DNA of 64,000 bases from an uncultured Candidatus Rokubacteria bacterium (GCA_963805625.1 CAWDVE010000018.1:80548-144547), one strand, 5' to 3'. Shown: positions 37,732 to 48,519, counted from the stretch's first letter. The notes: a model not told the origin generated them from the letters alone. Numbers and translations are program-made.

Positions 37732-38726
37732 CGGGATTGCCCGCTTCCCTGGCGAATCCGCGGATCCAGCGCCGCCAGGGCGAGATCGGAGAGGAAGACG
37801 CCGATCACCGTGAGCGTCGCCAGGAGCATCAGGAACGAGCCGGCGAGATACATGTCCTGCGCCCGGAGCGCGCGCAGGAGGATGGGTCCGGTCGTCGGGA
37901 GGGACAGCACGATGGAGACGATGATCGCCCCCGAGATGACCTGCGGCAGCAGGTTACCGATGTCGCCGATGAAGGGGTTCAGCGCGATGCGGAGCGGATA
38001 CTTGAGCAGGATGCGCCGCGGGGCCAAGCCCTTGGCGCGGGCCGTGACGACGTAGGGCCGGCGGAGCTCGTCCAGCAGGTTCGCGCGCAGACGGCGGATC
38101 ATGGCGGCCGTGCCCGACGTCCCGATGACGATCACCGGGATCCACAGGTGCTGAAGCAGATCCCACGCCCGGGCCCAGCTCCACGCGGCGTTCTGCATGT
38201 CCGGCGAGAACAGCCCCCCCACGCTCGTCCCGAAATACGTGAACGAGATGAACATCAGGATCAGCGCGAGCAGGAAGTTGGGCGTCGCCAGGCCGAGGAA
38301 GCCGACGAGCGTGAGCCCGTGGTCGGCCCAGCCGTACTGGTGGGTCGCCGAGTAGACGCCAATCGGAAACGCCATCAGCCACGTGAAGAGGATCGAGCCG
38401 AACGAGACGACGAAGGTGAGCAGCAGCCGCTCGCCGATGATGTCGGCAACCGGCCGGTCGTACTCGAACGAGTAGCCCAGGTCGCCCTGGACGAGGCCCG
38501 AGACCCACAGCCAGTACTGCTTCCAGAGCGGCTGATCGAGCCCGAACTGCTGACGAAGGAACTCGACCTTCTGGAGGTCCGCGCGCTCGCCAGACGCCTC
38601 GAGGTCGCTGATCAGCGTCGTCAGGAAGTCGCCGGGCGGGAGCTGGATGATCACGAAGGTGACCACCGAGATCAGGAACAAGGTTGGCAGCATGAGCAGC
38701 ATGCGCTGGATGAGATAGCGCCCCAT
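37728..38726 (-). CDS. Dpp/Opp-type permease (DppB-like)
   Basis: FGLDQP..QY..W, GDLGYS, YVVTARAKGL. Confidence 0.92.
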   Translation of the reverse strand: MGRYLIQRMLLMLPTLFLISVVTFVIIQLPPGDFLTTLISDLEASGERADLQKVEFLRQQFGLDQPLWKQYWLWVSGLVQGDLGYSFEYDRPVADIIGERLLLTFVVSFGSILFTWLMAFPIGVYSATHQYGWADHGLTLVGFLGLATPNFLLALILMFISFTYFGTSVGGLFSPDMQNAAWSWARAWDLLQHLWIPVIVIGTSGTAAMIRRLRANLLDELRRPYVVTARAKGLAPRRILLKYPLRIALNPFIGDIGNLLPQVISGAIIVSIVLSLPTTGPILLRALRAQDMYLAGSFLMLLATLTVIGVFLSDLALAALDPRIRQGSGQSR

Positions 38727-38771
38727 CGTCAGCGCCCTTCAGGGCCGCGTCGCGCGGGATTCACGGCTGCC

Positions 38772-39818
38772 TCACGCGCTCCGCACGGCCGGCCGGCGTG
38801 GCAGCGGCGTCAGCTGGAGCTCTTCGGCCCGGTGGCACCGCGCGAGGTGGTCCGGCGCAACCGCGCGGATCACGGGCGTCTCGACCCGGCATCGCTCGAT
38901 GGCGTATGGGCAGCGGAGGGCGTAGGCGCACCCGGGGATGCCGCCCGCCACCGGTGTCGACGCGTCGCGCGCCGCCCCGAGCGTGGCGCCCCGGAGCCGG
39001 GGGTCGGGCCGGAGGACCGCCGCCAGGAGCGTCTCGGTGTAGGGGTGTCGGGGGCGCTCGAAAAGCTGTCGCTTCGAGGCCAGCTCGACGATCCGGCCCG
39101 CGTACATCACGGCGATACGGTCCGCGACGTAGTCGATGACCGCCAGGTTGTGGGAGATGAACAGGTATGTGAGCCCGAGCTCGGTCTGGAGGTCCTTCAG
39201 GAGGTTCAAAACCTGGGCCTGGACCGAGACGTCGAGCGCCGAGACCGGCTCGTCGCAGACGACGAGCTCCGGGTTGAGCGCGAGCGCGCGCGCGATCCCG
39301 ATCCGCTGGCGCTGGCCGCCGGAGAAGGAGTGCGGGTAGCGCCGGAGGTACTGGACGTTCAGTCCGACCATCCCCATCAGCGCCTTCACGCGCTCCTGGA
39401 TCTCCTCGCGGGACCCGCGCCGGTGGATCCAGAGGGGCTCCCCGATGATCTCGCCGACCGGCATGCGCGGGTTCAAGGACGAGAACGGATCCTGGAAGAT
39501 CATCTGGATGTGGGGCCGGAGGGCGCGCAGGGCCCGCCCCTTCAGGAGGTCGACCCGCACGGCCTGCCCCCCCCCGACGTGAAACAGGATCTCGCCCCGC
39601 GTGGGCCTGAGCGCCCGCAGGACGAGGCGCGCTGTCGTCGTCTTTCCGCAGCCGCTCTCGCCGACGAGGCCGAGTGTCTCGCCCTTCGCGACGTCGAAGC
39701 TCACCCCCTCCACGGCGATGACGGTGCCGACCTGTCGCCGCGCGAGACCGGCCAGCCAGGGCTGGAAGAGGGGAAAGTGCTTCGTGAGATCTCGTACCTC
39801 GAGCAGGGGCTCGCTCAC
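38772..39818 (-). CDS. Dpp/Opp-type ATPase (DppF-like)
   Basis: [22 protein letters not shown]....RC. Confidence 0.92.
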   Translation of the reverse strand: MSEPLLEVRDLTKHFPLFQPWLAGLARRQVGTVIAVEGVSFDVAKGETLGLVGESGCGKTTTARLVLRALRPTRGEILFHVGGGQAVRVDLLKGRALRALRPHIQMIFQDPFSSLNPRMPVGEIIGEPLWIHRRGSREEIQERVKALMGMVGLNVQYLRRYPHSFSGGQRQRIGIARALALNPELVVCDEPVSALDVSVQAQVLNLLKDLQTELGLTYLFISHNLAVIDYVADRIAVMYAGRIVELASKRQLFERPRHPYTETLLAAVLRPDPRLRGATLGAARDASTPVAGGIPGCAYALRCPYAIERCRVETPVIRAVAPDHLARCHRAEELQLTPLPRRPAVRSA

Positions 39819-39821
39819 GCG

Positions 39822-40850
39822 TTAGGCTCCCGCCGGCGCGGTCAGGATCTCGGGCAGCGAGCCCCGCTTGTAGCAGGCAACCTGCCGGCGGCCGCCCAGG
39901 GCTCGCGGGGCGGGCATGGCATCGCCACAGAGGGCGGGCTCGCCCTCCGGACACCGCGAGAGGAACGGGCAACCCGGGATGGGCAAGAGCGGGTCGGGGA
40001 CCGTGCCCGCGATCGTCTGGAGCCGCTCGCCCTCGGTCACGCCGAACTGGGGGGTGCTGCGGAGGAGCGCTTGCAGATAGGGATGCTGGGGGGCCTCGAA
40101 CAAATCGCCCACCGGCCCCGTCTCCATGACGTGCCCGCAATACATCACCGTCACGAAGTCGGCCACGTGCGCGACCACACCGGGGTCGTGCGTGATGATG
40201 ATCAGCCCCATGCCGTACTCGCGCTGGAGCCGCACCAAGAGGTCCAGGATCTGCGCCTGGACCGTCACGTCCAGCGCGGAGGTGGGCTCGTCGGCGATCA
40301 CGAGGGCTGGACGGCAGACGAGGGCCATCGCGATCATCGCCCGCTGGCGGAGGCCCCCCGAGAGCTCGAAGGGGTACGCGTCGACCTTCCGCGTCGGCTC
40401 CGGGAATCCGACGGCCTCGAGCGCCTCGATGGTCGCCGCCCGGGCCTCGGCCCGGCCGAACCTCCGATGGAGCCGCACAACCTCCCCGATCTGATTGCCG
40501 ATCGTGTGCACAGGCGAGAACGCCGTCATCGGCTCCTGGAAGATCATGGACATCGCCCCGCCACGGATGGCCCGCATCTTTCGCTCGTCGGCGGCCAGGG
40601 TGGTGAGGTCGATGGGGCCGCTGCCCTCCTGGGAGAAGAGGATTCGCCCCGCCTCGATCCGGGCACGGCTCGGGAGGATCCGCATGATCGACTGGGCCAG
40701 GACGCTCTTGCCGGATCCCGACTCCCCGACGACCGCCATGGTCTGGCCGCGATCGACTGTGAATGAAACGCCGTTTACCGCCCGGACGATCCCCTCATCG
40801 AGGTAGATGGACGTCCGCAGGCCCTGGACCTCCAGCAAGGGGGCGCCCAT
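39822..40850 (-). CDS. Dpp/Opp-type ATPase (DppD-like)
   Basis: [21 protein letters not shown]. Confidence 0.92.
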   Translation of the reverse strand: MGAPLLEVQGLRTSIYLDEGIVRAVNGVSFTVDRGQTMAVVGESGSGKSVLAQSIMRILPSRARIEAGRILFSQEGSGPIDLTTLAADERKMRAIRGGAMSMIFQEPMTAFSPVHTIGNQIGEVVRLHRRFGRAEARAATIEALEAVGFPEPTRKVDAYPFELSGGLRQRAMIAMALVCRPALVIADEPTSALDVTVQAQILDLLVRLQREYGMGLIIITHDPGVVAHVADFVTVMYCGHVMETGPVGDLFEAPQHPYLQALLRSTPQFGVTEGERLQTIAGTVPDPLLPIPGCPFLSRCPEGEPALCGDAMPAPRALGGRRQVACYKRGSLPEILTAPAGA

Positions 40851-41104
40851 CGAGGTATCACTACCACTCCGGGCCGATCAGAGGCAAGGGCCCGGCCAGG
40901 GCAGCGGGGCGCCTCGGAGGGTCCTGGCCCCCTGCCTGAAGGCTCGACGGGGCCGCCGCGACATGCTTCCCTTTTCCATGGCTTTTTGATAAACGTGACC
41001 TGCCCGGGCGCCGGTCCGTCCGGTTCTAGACCGCCCGGAGGTCACCTACCCCGGCTCCTGACGCGGCTCGCAAGCCGCCCCGGGGGCCCCCGTGGGAGGG
41101 AGAT

Positions 41105-42433
41105 GTGGGAGCCGTCCGATCCGGCATGGAACCTCCAGCCAACGGCCACGGGCCGCGCGGGCTGGGCGCCGATGACCAGGCACAGTACCGGGTCCTGATC
41201 TACAGCCACGACTCGTTCGGGTTGGGCCATCTCCGTCGCTGCCGGACGATCGCCCACTCGCTCGTCGCCCATCACAAGAAGCTCAACGTCCTCATCCTGA
41301 GCGGCTCCCCGATCCTGGGGCGCTTCAGCTTCCGCTCCCGCGTCGACTTCGTCCGCGTGCCCGGGATCATCAAGCGGCGAAACGGCGAGTACACGAGCCT
41401 GAATCTCGACTTCCACGTCGAGCAGACCCTCGCGCTCCGAGCCTCCATCATCGAGCACACGGCGCGGGTCTTCCGGCCTGATCTCTTCCTGGTCGACAAG
41501 GAGCCGCTCGGGCTGCTCGGCGAGGTGCGGAGCACTCTTGCTCTGTTGCGCCGCCGGGGAGGAACGCGGCTCGTCCTCGGGCTTCGGGACATCATGGACG
41601 ACCCGATGTCGCTCGCCGAGGAGTGGCGGCGCAAGCGCGTGATCCCGGCCCTCAAGCGCTTCTACGACCAGATCTGGGTCTACGGGCTGCCACAAGTCTA
41701 CGATCCGGTCGAGGCCTACGGGTTTCCCTCCGAGGTCGCCGCCAAGACGACCTTCACGGGCTATCTCCCCCGCGAGACGAACCCCGAGGTGAGCCTGCCC
41801 GCCGACGTCCAGGCCACGGTCCAGCAGGGCCCCTTCCTCCTGGTGACCCCTGGGGGCGGCGGGGACGGCGCCCTGCTCGTCGATGCAACGCTCAGCGCCT
41901 ATGAGCGCTTCAACGGCCGGCTCCCGTGGCCGGCGCTCGTCGTGTACGGACCGTTCCTGCCGGCGCGCGAGCGCGCGGCGTTCGAGCGGCGCGCGGCACG
42001 GCTCCCGCGCGTCACCACGCTCGAGTTCCACGAGCACCTCGAGAACCTCGTCGAGAAGGCGGCGGCCGTGGTGTGTCTCGGCGGCTACAACACGTTCTGC
42101 GAGGTCCTGTCGCTCAAGAAGCGGAGCTTGATCGTGCCGCGCGTGACGCCGCGCGCCGAGCAACTCCTCCGGGCCCAGGCCGCCGCGCGACTGGGGCTTG
42201 CTCAGACGCTCGATCCCTCCCGGCTCACGCCCGAGACGCTCGCGGAGGCCATCATCCACCTGCCGGAGCAACTGCCGCCGGCCACCCATCGGGTCCCGGG
42301 CCTGCTCGACGGCCTTCGCTTCATCAACCAGGCCGTCGCGAAGTGGCGGGTCGAAGGGCCGCCCCGTCCGGGGATCCGCGGGCTCGAACGTTCCGGCGTC
42401 CTCCGGCGCGCCTCCGCCCGGCGAGCCGTCTGA
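41105..42433 (+). CDS. Predicted GT-B glycosyltransferase (COG4671/GT28-like)
   Basis: YSHDSFGLGHLRR, VTPGGGGDG, GGYNT.CE, EQ; start uncertain. Confidence 0.85.
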   Translation: MGAVRSGMEPPANGHGPRGLGADDQAQYRVLIYSHDSFGLGHLRRCRTIAHSLVAHHKKLNVLILSGSPILGRFSFRSRVDFVRVPGIIKRRNGEYTSLNLDFHVEQTLALRASIIEHTARVFRPDLFLVDKEPLGLLGEVRSTLALLRRRGGTRLVLGLRDIMDDPMSLAEEWRRKRVIPALKRFYDQIWVYGLPQVYDPVEAYGFPSEVAAKTTFTGYLPRETNPEVSLPADVQATVQQGPFLLVTPGGGGDGALLVDATLSAYERFNGRLPWPALVVYGPFLPARERAAFERRAARLPRVTTLEFHEHLENLVEKAAAVVCLGGYNTFCEVLSLKKRSLIVPRVTPRAEQLLRAQAAARLGLAQTLDPSRLTPETLAEAIIHLPEQLPPATHRVPGLLDGLRFINQAVAKWRVEGPPRPGIRGLERSGVLRRASARRAV

Positions 42434-42456
42434 GCGCTTCGCCGACGGCCGCGCCC

Positions 42457-43749
42457 GTGCGGCCCTCGATCGCCCCGCCCCTGGTCGTCGTGGTCCTCAA
42501 GGGCTACCCGCGCGTCTCGGAGACGTTCATCGCGCACGAGCTGGCCGCGCTGGAGCGGCGGGGTCTCCCGCTCCACATCGTCTCGCTCCGGCGTCCGTAC
42601 GATCGCCTCACGCACCCCGTCCACGCGACGATCCGAGCGCCGATTACGTACCTGCCGGAGTACCTCTACGAGGCGCCGGGTCGCGTGCTCGCGGGCCACG
42701 TCCGGGCGCTCGCACGCGCGCCGCGCCGCTACCTGCGGGCGCTCCGCCTGTGGCTCCGCGACGTCTGGCGTGATCCGACGCCGAACCGCGGCCGGCGCTT
42801 CGGCCAGGCCGGCGTGCTCGCGGCCGAGCTGCCGGCCGGCGCCGCGCACCTCTACGCCCACTTCCTCCATACGCCGGCCTCCGTCGCGCGCTACGCGGCC
42901 GCCATGAGCGGGCTGGACTACAGCCTCGCGGGGCACGCAAAGGACGTCTGGACGACCCCGGACTGGGAGCTCCGGGCGAAGCTCATCGAGGCGCGCTTCG
43001 CCGTGACCTGCACGGCGGCCGGGCACGCTCGTCTGGACGCCCTCGCCCCCGGGCGGGTGGAGCTCGTCTACCACGGGCTCGACCGCCAGCTCTTCGCGCC
43101 GCCGTCGGCGTTCGGGTCGCGACGCGACGGCACCGACCCGGGCGATCCGCTGCGGCTCCTGGCGGTCGGGCGCTTCCAGCCCAAGAAAGGGTACGCGACC
43201 CTCTTCGAGGCCGTGGCGCAGGTGCGGGCCGAGATCCGCCTCACCGTGGTGGGGTACGGACCGCTTGAGGCTGCCCTCCGCGCCCGCGTCGAAGCGCTCG
43301 GCCTGGCGACGCGGGTCACCTGGGCGGGCCCACTCGATCAGCTGGCGGTCCGAGCGCGGTACCGGGCGAGCGATCTTCTCCTCCTCGCCTCCGAGGTCGC
43401 GCCCGACGGCGACCGTGACGGCTTGCCGAACGTCGTCGTCGAGGCGCTCTCCCAGGGACTGCCGGTCGTCGCCACACGCGCCGGGGCGATCCCCGAGCTG
43501 GTGCGCGACGAGCTCCACGGCCGGCTCGTCTCGCCGGGGGACGCCGGAGCGTTTGCGGCGGCCATCGAGAGCCTGGCGCGCGACCCCGATCGGCGGCACC
43601 ACATGGGCGCGGCAGGCATCAAGCGCGTGGCCGAGGGCTGGGACCTCGACGCCGGGGCCGACCGGATCCACCGGCTCCTGCGGGCAACGCTGCCCAGCGC
43701 GACCGAGGCGCCCGCCGGGGCCGCGGTCGCCCCGGGTGTGCCGTCGTGA
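42457..43749 (+). CDS. GT4 glycosyltransferase
   Basis: LKGYPRVSETFI, AHF.H.PA, VGR..PKKG, DGDRDGLPNVVVEA; start approximate. Confidence 0.88.
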   Translation: MRPSIAPPLVVVVLKGYPRVSETFIAHELAALERRGLPLHIVSLRRPYDRLTHPVHATIRAPITYLPEYLYEAPGRVLAGHVRALARAPRRYLRALRLWLRDVWRDPTPNRGRRFGQAGVLAAELPAGAAHLYAHFLHTPASVARYAAAMSGLDYSLAGHAKDVWTTPDWELRAKLIEARFAVTCTAAGHARLDALAPGRVELVYHGLDRQLFAPPSAFGSRRDGTDPGDPLRLLAVGRFQPKKGYATLFEAVAQVRAEIRLTVVGYGPLEAALRARVEALGLATRVTWAGPLDQLAVRARYRASDLLLLASEVAPDGDRDGLPNVVVEALSQGLPVVATRAGAIPELVRDELHGRLVSPGDAGAFAAAIESLARDPDRRHHMGAAGIKRVAEGWDLDAGADRIHRLLRATLPSATEAPAGAAVAPGVPS

Positions 43750-44918
43750 CGCCGCTTGCCTTCTACACGCCCGTCAAGCACCCGTACCAGACGGAGCCCT
43801 CCGGCGATCGCGAGCTCGGGCGTCTCCTGATGACCGCGTTCCGGGGCCTCGGCTTCGCGCCCCGCCTGGCGAGCCGGCTCCTCACCTACCGACGCGCCTT
43901 CGACGCGGCGGACGCCGCGCGCGTCGAGCGCATCGCCGCCCTCACGGCAGCGCGCCTGGTCGCCCGGTATCGGCGGGGGGAACCCGCGCAGCGGCCACGG
44001 GTGTGGGTCACCTACCAGAGCTACTACCGCGCTCCGGATCTCGTCGGCCCATCGGTCGCGACGGCGCTCGACATCCCCTACGTCCTCGTCGACACCTACC
44101 TCTCGGCGAAGAGCCGCCGGACGCCGTTCCGTCCGTGGGTCAGCGCCGCGCGGCTCGCGGCCCGGCGCGCCGACCTCATCTTCCTGATGAGCCCGCGGGA
44201 CCGGCCGCGCGTCGCGGCGCATCGGGGGCCGCGCTTCGCCGCCCAGCGGATCCTCGATCTTCCCCCGGCCGTCGACGCGGCGCGCTTCGACGCCACCGCG
44301 GAGCGACGGGCGGCCTGTCGCGCCGCCATGGCCGAGCGCTTCCCCGGGGCCGACGGCCCGGTCATCCTCGCCGTCGCCGCCATGCGCGAGGTGAAGAAGC
44401 TTGAGCCGTATCGGATCCTGGCCGACGCCCTCGCGCACCTCCACGCCGTGGCACCGACCCGGCCCTGGCGCCTGGCCGTGGTGGGGGACGGACCCGCGCG
44501 CCCGGCAGTCGCCGACGCCCTCGGCTCGCTTCCCTCCGGCCGCGTCGCCTTCCTGGGGTCGCTCGAGCCCGAGATCCTGCCCGCCGCGTATCTCGGCGCC
44601 GACCTCTTCGCGTTCCCCGGCCGCTTCCACGTCGTCTATCTCCAGGCCGCCGCGGCGGGGCTGCCGGTCGTCGCGTGCGCAGGACCCGGGCCCGACCCCA
44701 TGATCGCCCCGGAGGGCGTGCTCCTCACCCTCTCCACGCCCGACGCCTTCGCCACCGGCGTGGCCCGGTTGCTGGACGACCCCGTCCTCCGGAGCACGAT
44801 GGGAGCCGCGGCCCGGCGCTTCGTCGCGACCCAGCGAACCCTCGAGACGTTCCAGCACCGCCTGGCCGCGGGGCTCGCGCTGCTGGGCCTGCCATGCGCT
44901 CGATCTACGTCGCGCTGA
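43746..44918 (+). CDS. GT4-like glycosyltransferase
   Basis: FYTPVK.P....PSGDR, TYQSYYRAPD..GP, YLQAAAAGLPVVA. Confidence 0.8.
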   Translation: MTPLAFYTPVKHPYQTEPSGDRELGRLLMTAFRGLGFAPRLASRLLTYRRAFDAADAARVERIAALTAARLVARYRRGEPAQRPRVWVTYQSYYRAPDLVGPSVATALDIPYVLVDTYLSAKSRRTPFRPWVSAARLAARRADLIFLMSPRDRPRVAAHRGPRFAAQRILDLPPAVDAARFDATAERRAACRAAMAERFPGADGPVILAVAAMREVKKLEPYRILADALAHLHAVAPTRPWRLAVVGDGPARPAVADALGSLPSGRVAFLGSLEPEILPAAYLGADLFAFPGRFHVVYLQAAAAGLPVVACAGPGPDPMIAPEGVLLTLSTPDAFATGVARLLDDPVLRSTMGAAARRFVATQRTLETFQHRLAAGLALLGLPCARSTSR

Positions 44919-45490
44919 TCCGTCACGCGCCGACGGCGTGGAACGCCGAGGGGCGCGTGCTCGGCCAGGCCGACCCGCCACTGTCGCCCGAGGGCGCCCA
45001 GCGGGCGGCTCGGTGGCGGCTCCCCTCGGATCTCCGGGCGCTGGCAACCGGCGGGCGGCTCGGCTGGGCCGTGAGCCCGCTCGGCCGCGCCGTCGAGACC
45101 GCGCGAATCCTCGGCGCCGTCGCTCCCGTCGTCGAGCCGCGGCTCGCGGAGCAAGACTGGGGCGAGTGGACCGGCCGCGCGCGGGCCGCCGTGGCCGGTG
45201 ACGCGACCGGCGCCGGATGGGAGGCGACGCCGCCCGGGGGCGAGTCGCCGGCACGGGTCCTCGCCCGCGTACGCGCGTGGCTCGATGAGCTCGCGCCAGG
45301 CGACGGGCCCGACACGTGGGCCGCGGTAACCCACATGGGCGTCATCCGGGTGCTCATCGCCGCGGCGCTCCGCTGGGATCTCGGCGCGCCGCCTCCGTTG
45401 CGCCTGCTCCCCGAGCGTCTGCACCGCGTGCGTCGTCGGGGTGACGGGCTCCTCCAGCTCGTCGGGCTCAACGAGCCGCTCGAGCCATGA
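44894..45490 (+). CDS. Histidine phosphatase family protein
   Basis: LIRHAPTAWN, SPL.RA.ETA, E..WGEW, GGES, VTH. Confidence 0.88.
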   Translation: MRSIYVALIRHAPTAWNAEGRVLGQADPPLSPEGAQRAARWRLPSDLRALATGGRLGWAVSPLGRAVETARILGAVAPVVEPRLAEQDWGEWTGRARAAVAGDATGAGWEATPPGGESPARVLARVRAWLDELAPGDGPDTWAAVTHMGVIRVLIAAALRWDLGAPPPLRLLPERLHRVRRRGDGLLQLVGLNEPLEP

Positions 45491-45565
45491 GTCTCACAGG
45501 CCGCCACAGGGCGGGGGCCGTCCGATGACTCCGTCCGATCAACGCCCGCAGACCAGGGCAGCTGC

Positions 45566-46792
45566 GTGAGCCGCGGACCGATCCTCTTCTACTGCCAGCA
45601 TCTTCTCGGGCTGGGCCACCTCGAGCGGGCGGCGCGGCTCGCGCGCGCGCTTGGGCGGGCCGGCGAGCCGGTGATCTTCGTCCAGGGCGGCCGACCCGTC
45701 CCGGACCTCGACCTGGGCGGCGCCGGGGTCGTGGCGCTCCCGCCGCTCGTGGCGGCGAACGAGGCCGCGAGTGGGCTCGCGCGCCCCGACGGTCGCCGGC
45801 CGACGCCCGCCGACCTCGCGGACCGCCGGGACCGTCTGCTCGCGTGTCTCCGGACCCACGATCCGAGCGTGGTGTTGCTCGAGCTCTTCCCCTTCGGCCG
45901 GCACGCCCTCACGTTCGAGCTGGGGCCGCTGCTCCTCGCCGTCGCCGACGACCGCGCGCGGCGGGGCGCGGCCGCGCCGCGCGTCGCGGTGAGCCTGCGA
46001 GACGTCCTCGTGAGCAAACCGAATCAGGCCTGGTTCGAGCTCGCGGCTGTCGCGGTCGCGCGTCAGTGGACCGATCGCGTGCTCGTCCACGGGAGCCCGG
46101 ATGCGATTCCGCTCGACCGCACCCTCGCCCTCGCCGGCTGGCTCGGTGAGCGCCTCGTCTACACCGGCTACCTCGCGCCCGACAGAGCCCCGCCAGACGG
46201 CGTTCCGCACGGCGAAATCGTGATCTCGGCCGGCGGCGGGCAGGTCGGGGGCCCCCTCTTCCGCGCAGCTCTCGCGGCGTGGCCGCTCACGACCGCCGCG
46301 CGGACGCGGCCCTGGCGCCTGGTGACCGGGCCGTACCTGCCCGAGGCCGCGCGCACGGAGCTCGACCGGCAGGCCCGCGGGCTGCCGACCCGCGCGGGCC
46401 GCCCTGCCGTCGTCGTGGAAGCGCACCGGCCCGATCTCGGCGCGCACCTCGCGGGCGCCGCGCTCTCGGTCAGCCAGGCGGGGTACAACACCGTGCTGGA
46501 ACTCGTCGCGCACCGCGTCCGGGCCGTGGTCGTCCCCTACGAGGGCAGCGGCGATGAGCAGCCGCTGCGCGCCGGGCTCCTGGCCGCGCGGGGTCTCCTC
46601 GACGTCGTGCCGGAGGCCGAGCTCACGCCCGCGCGGCTCGCGACGGCGATGGACGCCGCCCTCGAACGGCCCGGCTTCCCCGCCCCGGTCCGCCTGGACC
46701 TCCGGGGCGCGGCCCGGTCCGTCGAGATCCTGGCGGAGCTGGCCGCCGGTGTCCGGGCCGCGCGGGCTCAGGGCGCCGGGCGCCGCTCGTAG
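45566..46792 (+). CDS. Predicted GT-B glycosyltransferase (COG4671/GT28-like), paralog
   Basis: QHLLGLGHL, ELFPFGR, SAGGG, SQAGYNT, EQ.LRA. Confidence 0.85.
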   Translation: MSRGPILFYCQHLLGLGHLERAARLARALGRAGEPVIFVQGGRPVPDLDLGGAGVVALPPLVAANEAASGLARPDGRRPTPADLADRRDRLLACLRTHDPSVVLLELFPFGRHALTFELGPLLLAVADDRARRGAAAPRVAVSLRDVLVSKPNQAWFELAAVAVARQWTDRVLVHGSPDAIPLDRTLALAGWLGERLVYTGYLAPDRAPPDGVPHGEIVISAGGGQVGGPLFRAALAAWPLTTAARTRPWRLVTGPYLPEAARTELDRQARGLPTRAGRPAVVVEAHRPDLGAHLAGAALSVSQAGYNTVLELVAHRVRAVVVPYEGSGDEQPLRAGLLAARGLLDVVPEAELTPARLATAMDAALERPGFPAPVRLDLRGAARSVEILAELAAGVRAARAQGAGRRS

Positions 46793-47280
46793 CGATGGAA
46801 GCGGTGGGCGTGCCCGACCTCGTCAGACGCCGGGAGCAGGACCAAGCCCCACGACGGCTCGAGCGGCACCGCCCGATCGCTCAGGATCCAGGCGCCGGGC
46901 AGGAGCCAGCTGCGTGTCTGGTCGAGCACCAAGTGGTGCAGCCGCGTGTCGGGCGAGTCGCCCCAGGCGAGGTCGAGATGCGCCAGGATCACGCGCCCGT
47001 GGAAGCGCGCCTGCACCGCCGGATCGGCCAGCACTGTGGGCAGGTCGCCGAGGACGACGCGCTCGGCGGGCGGGCCCCAGCCGGGATTGGTCGCGTGCTC
47101 CCGGTCGAAGCAGTAGATCTCGCGGTCCGGAAAGCGCGCAACGAGATGCGAGTACGATCGGCCGCGGCCCAGACCGAACTCGACGACCCAGCCCGGGCGA
47201 CCGGCGAGCCGCCGCGCCGCGAGATCGATGCTGTCGCGCTGGGCGATCTTCTGCTCGATGTGGAAGTCGAGCTGGCTCAT
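46768..47280 (-). CDS. Small SAM-dependent methyltransferase (Methyltransf_17-like)
   Basis: AQRD, VEFGLGRGRSYSHL, FDR, LAHLD. Confidence 0.75.
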   Translation of the reverse strand: MSQLDFHIEQKIAQRDSIDLAARRLAGRPGWVVEFGLGRGRSYSHLVARFPDREIYCFDREHATNPGWGPPAERVVLGDLPTVLADPAVQARFHGRVILAHLDLAWGDSPDTRLHHLVLDQTRSWLLPGAWILSDRAVPLEPSWGLVLLPASDEVGHAHRFHRYERRPAP

Positions 47281-47360
47281 GACGAGAGCCCCGATCATAC
47301 GCGCCGACGTCGACCGGTGTCACGCCGCCACGCGGCCGCGGTGGACGCGCCCCCGTCCCG

Positions 47361-48200
47361 ATGTTGACGCCTCCCCCCGACGGCGCCGCCTGGGACCGCC
47401 TGGTGGCCGAGCTCGACCGCTGGCCGGCCCGGAGCGCGACCCTCTGGTGGCGTGACGACGACGCGGGCGCCGGCGGCCCCGCCTTCGACCGGCTGCTCGC
47501 GCTGGCCACGGCCCACGCGGCCCCGCTCGCGCTCGCCGTGGTGCCGGCTTGGCTCGACGAGATGGTCGCCGCCGCGATCCGCGAGGGGCCCGACGGCCTC
47601 CGTGTCGTGCAGCACGGCTACGCGCATCGGAATCACGAGCCCCCGGCCCCCGACGGGACACGCGGGCGCCCGGCCGAGCTCGGCGCCGCGCGCCCGCGCG
47701 ACACGGCCCTCGCCGAGCTCGCCACCGGCTGGGCGCACCTCGCGACACTCGTGCCCACGCGTTTCCGGGCCGTGCTCGTCCCGCCCTGGAATCGCATCGC
47801 CCTCGGAGTGCGGGACGCCCTGTCCGTGGCCGGCTACCGGGTCCTGTCGACCTTCGGGCCGCGGGCGGCCGCCGTGCCGAGCCCGGGGCTCCGGGCGCTC
47901 AACACCCACGTCGACCCGATCGAGTGGCGGGCGGGCAAACGGTTCGGCGGGGTGGCGTGGACCCTCGACCAGATCACGACCCACCTCGCCGACCGGCGCC
48001 TCGGACGCGTCGATCCCGCCGAGCCAACCGGGCTCCTGACTCATCATCGTGACCTCCCCCCGGCGGCCTGGGCGCTCCTCGAGGCGCTGCTCGAGCGTCT
48101 CCTGACCCACCCGGCGGTGAGCTTCCCCTCGCTCGACCGCCTCCTGGACGGTGAGGGAGAGCACGCCGCGCGCGGTTGGTGGTCCATGACTTCGGACTGA
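47361..48200 (+). CDS. Polysaccharide deacetylase-like protein
   Basis: WWRDDDA, LAVVP, QHGYAHRNH, VPPWNRI, NTHVDPI.W, GLLTHH. Confidence 0.8.
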   Translation: MLTPPPDGAAWDRLVAELDRWPARSATLWWRDDDAGAGGPAFDRLLALATAHAAPLALAVVPAWLDEMVAAAIREGPDGLRVVQHGYAHRNHEPPAPDGTRGRPAELGAARPRDTALAELATGWAHLATLVPTRFRAVLVPPWNRIALGVRDALSVAGYRVLSTFGPRAAAVPSPGLRALNTHVDPIEWRAGKRFGGVAWTLDQITTHLADRRLGRVDPAEPTGLLTHHRDLPPAAWALLEALLERLLTHPAVSFPSLDRLLDGEGEHAARGWWSMTSD

Positions 48201-48519
48201 ACGGGCACACGGCTCTCTTCCACACCGTGAACTCGAACCAAGACCGGTCGAAGCCCGTCCTGGGGCTCCTCCTGGAGGCCGGCGCGCGCAGCGACCTCCG
48301 CCTCCCTGGCATCACGTGGGGCAAGGGGTTCCTCTGGGAGACGACGTGCTTCGACGTCACGCCGGTCTCCTACGCGTAGCTCGGCCTCCTGCCCCAGATG
48401 CACCGGCGGGAGCACGATGTGTATGCCAACGTGAGGCGCCTGCTCGAGGCGGCTGGGCGAGGCATTCCCCGCTGGAGAATGTTCCGAATCGCTATCTCGA
48501 ACCGAAGCGTGACGCCTGA
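48188..48519 (+). pseudogene. C-terminal remnant of an ankyrin-repeat protein with in-frame TAG and a frameshift
   Basis: GHTALFHTVNSN...LLLEAGA..ITWGKGF.WET..VTPVSYA*LGLLPQMHR.., tail NVPNRYL in another frame. Confidence 0.6.

Noticed and set aside
34867-40766. Very long antisense ORFs (1062 aa and 1009 aa, and likewise 54964-58335 and many others)
   Set aside because: They are shadow frames of real genes in high-GC DNA, with Arg/Gly/Pro-rich composition and no motifs
48377-48379. In-frame TAG as possible pyrrolysine readthrough
   Set aside because: The gene is also truncated and frameshifted; a CAG-to-TAG decay is simpler
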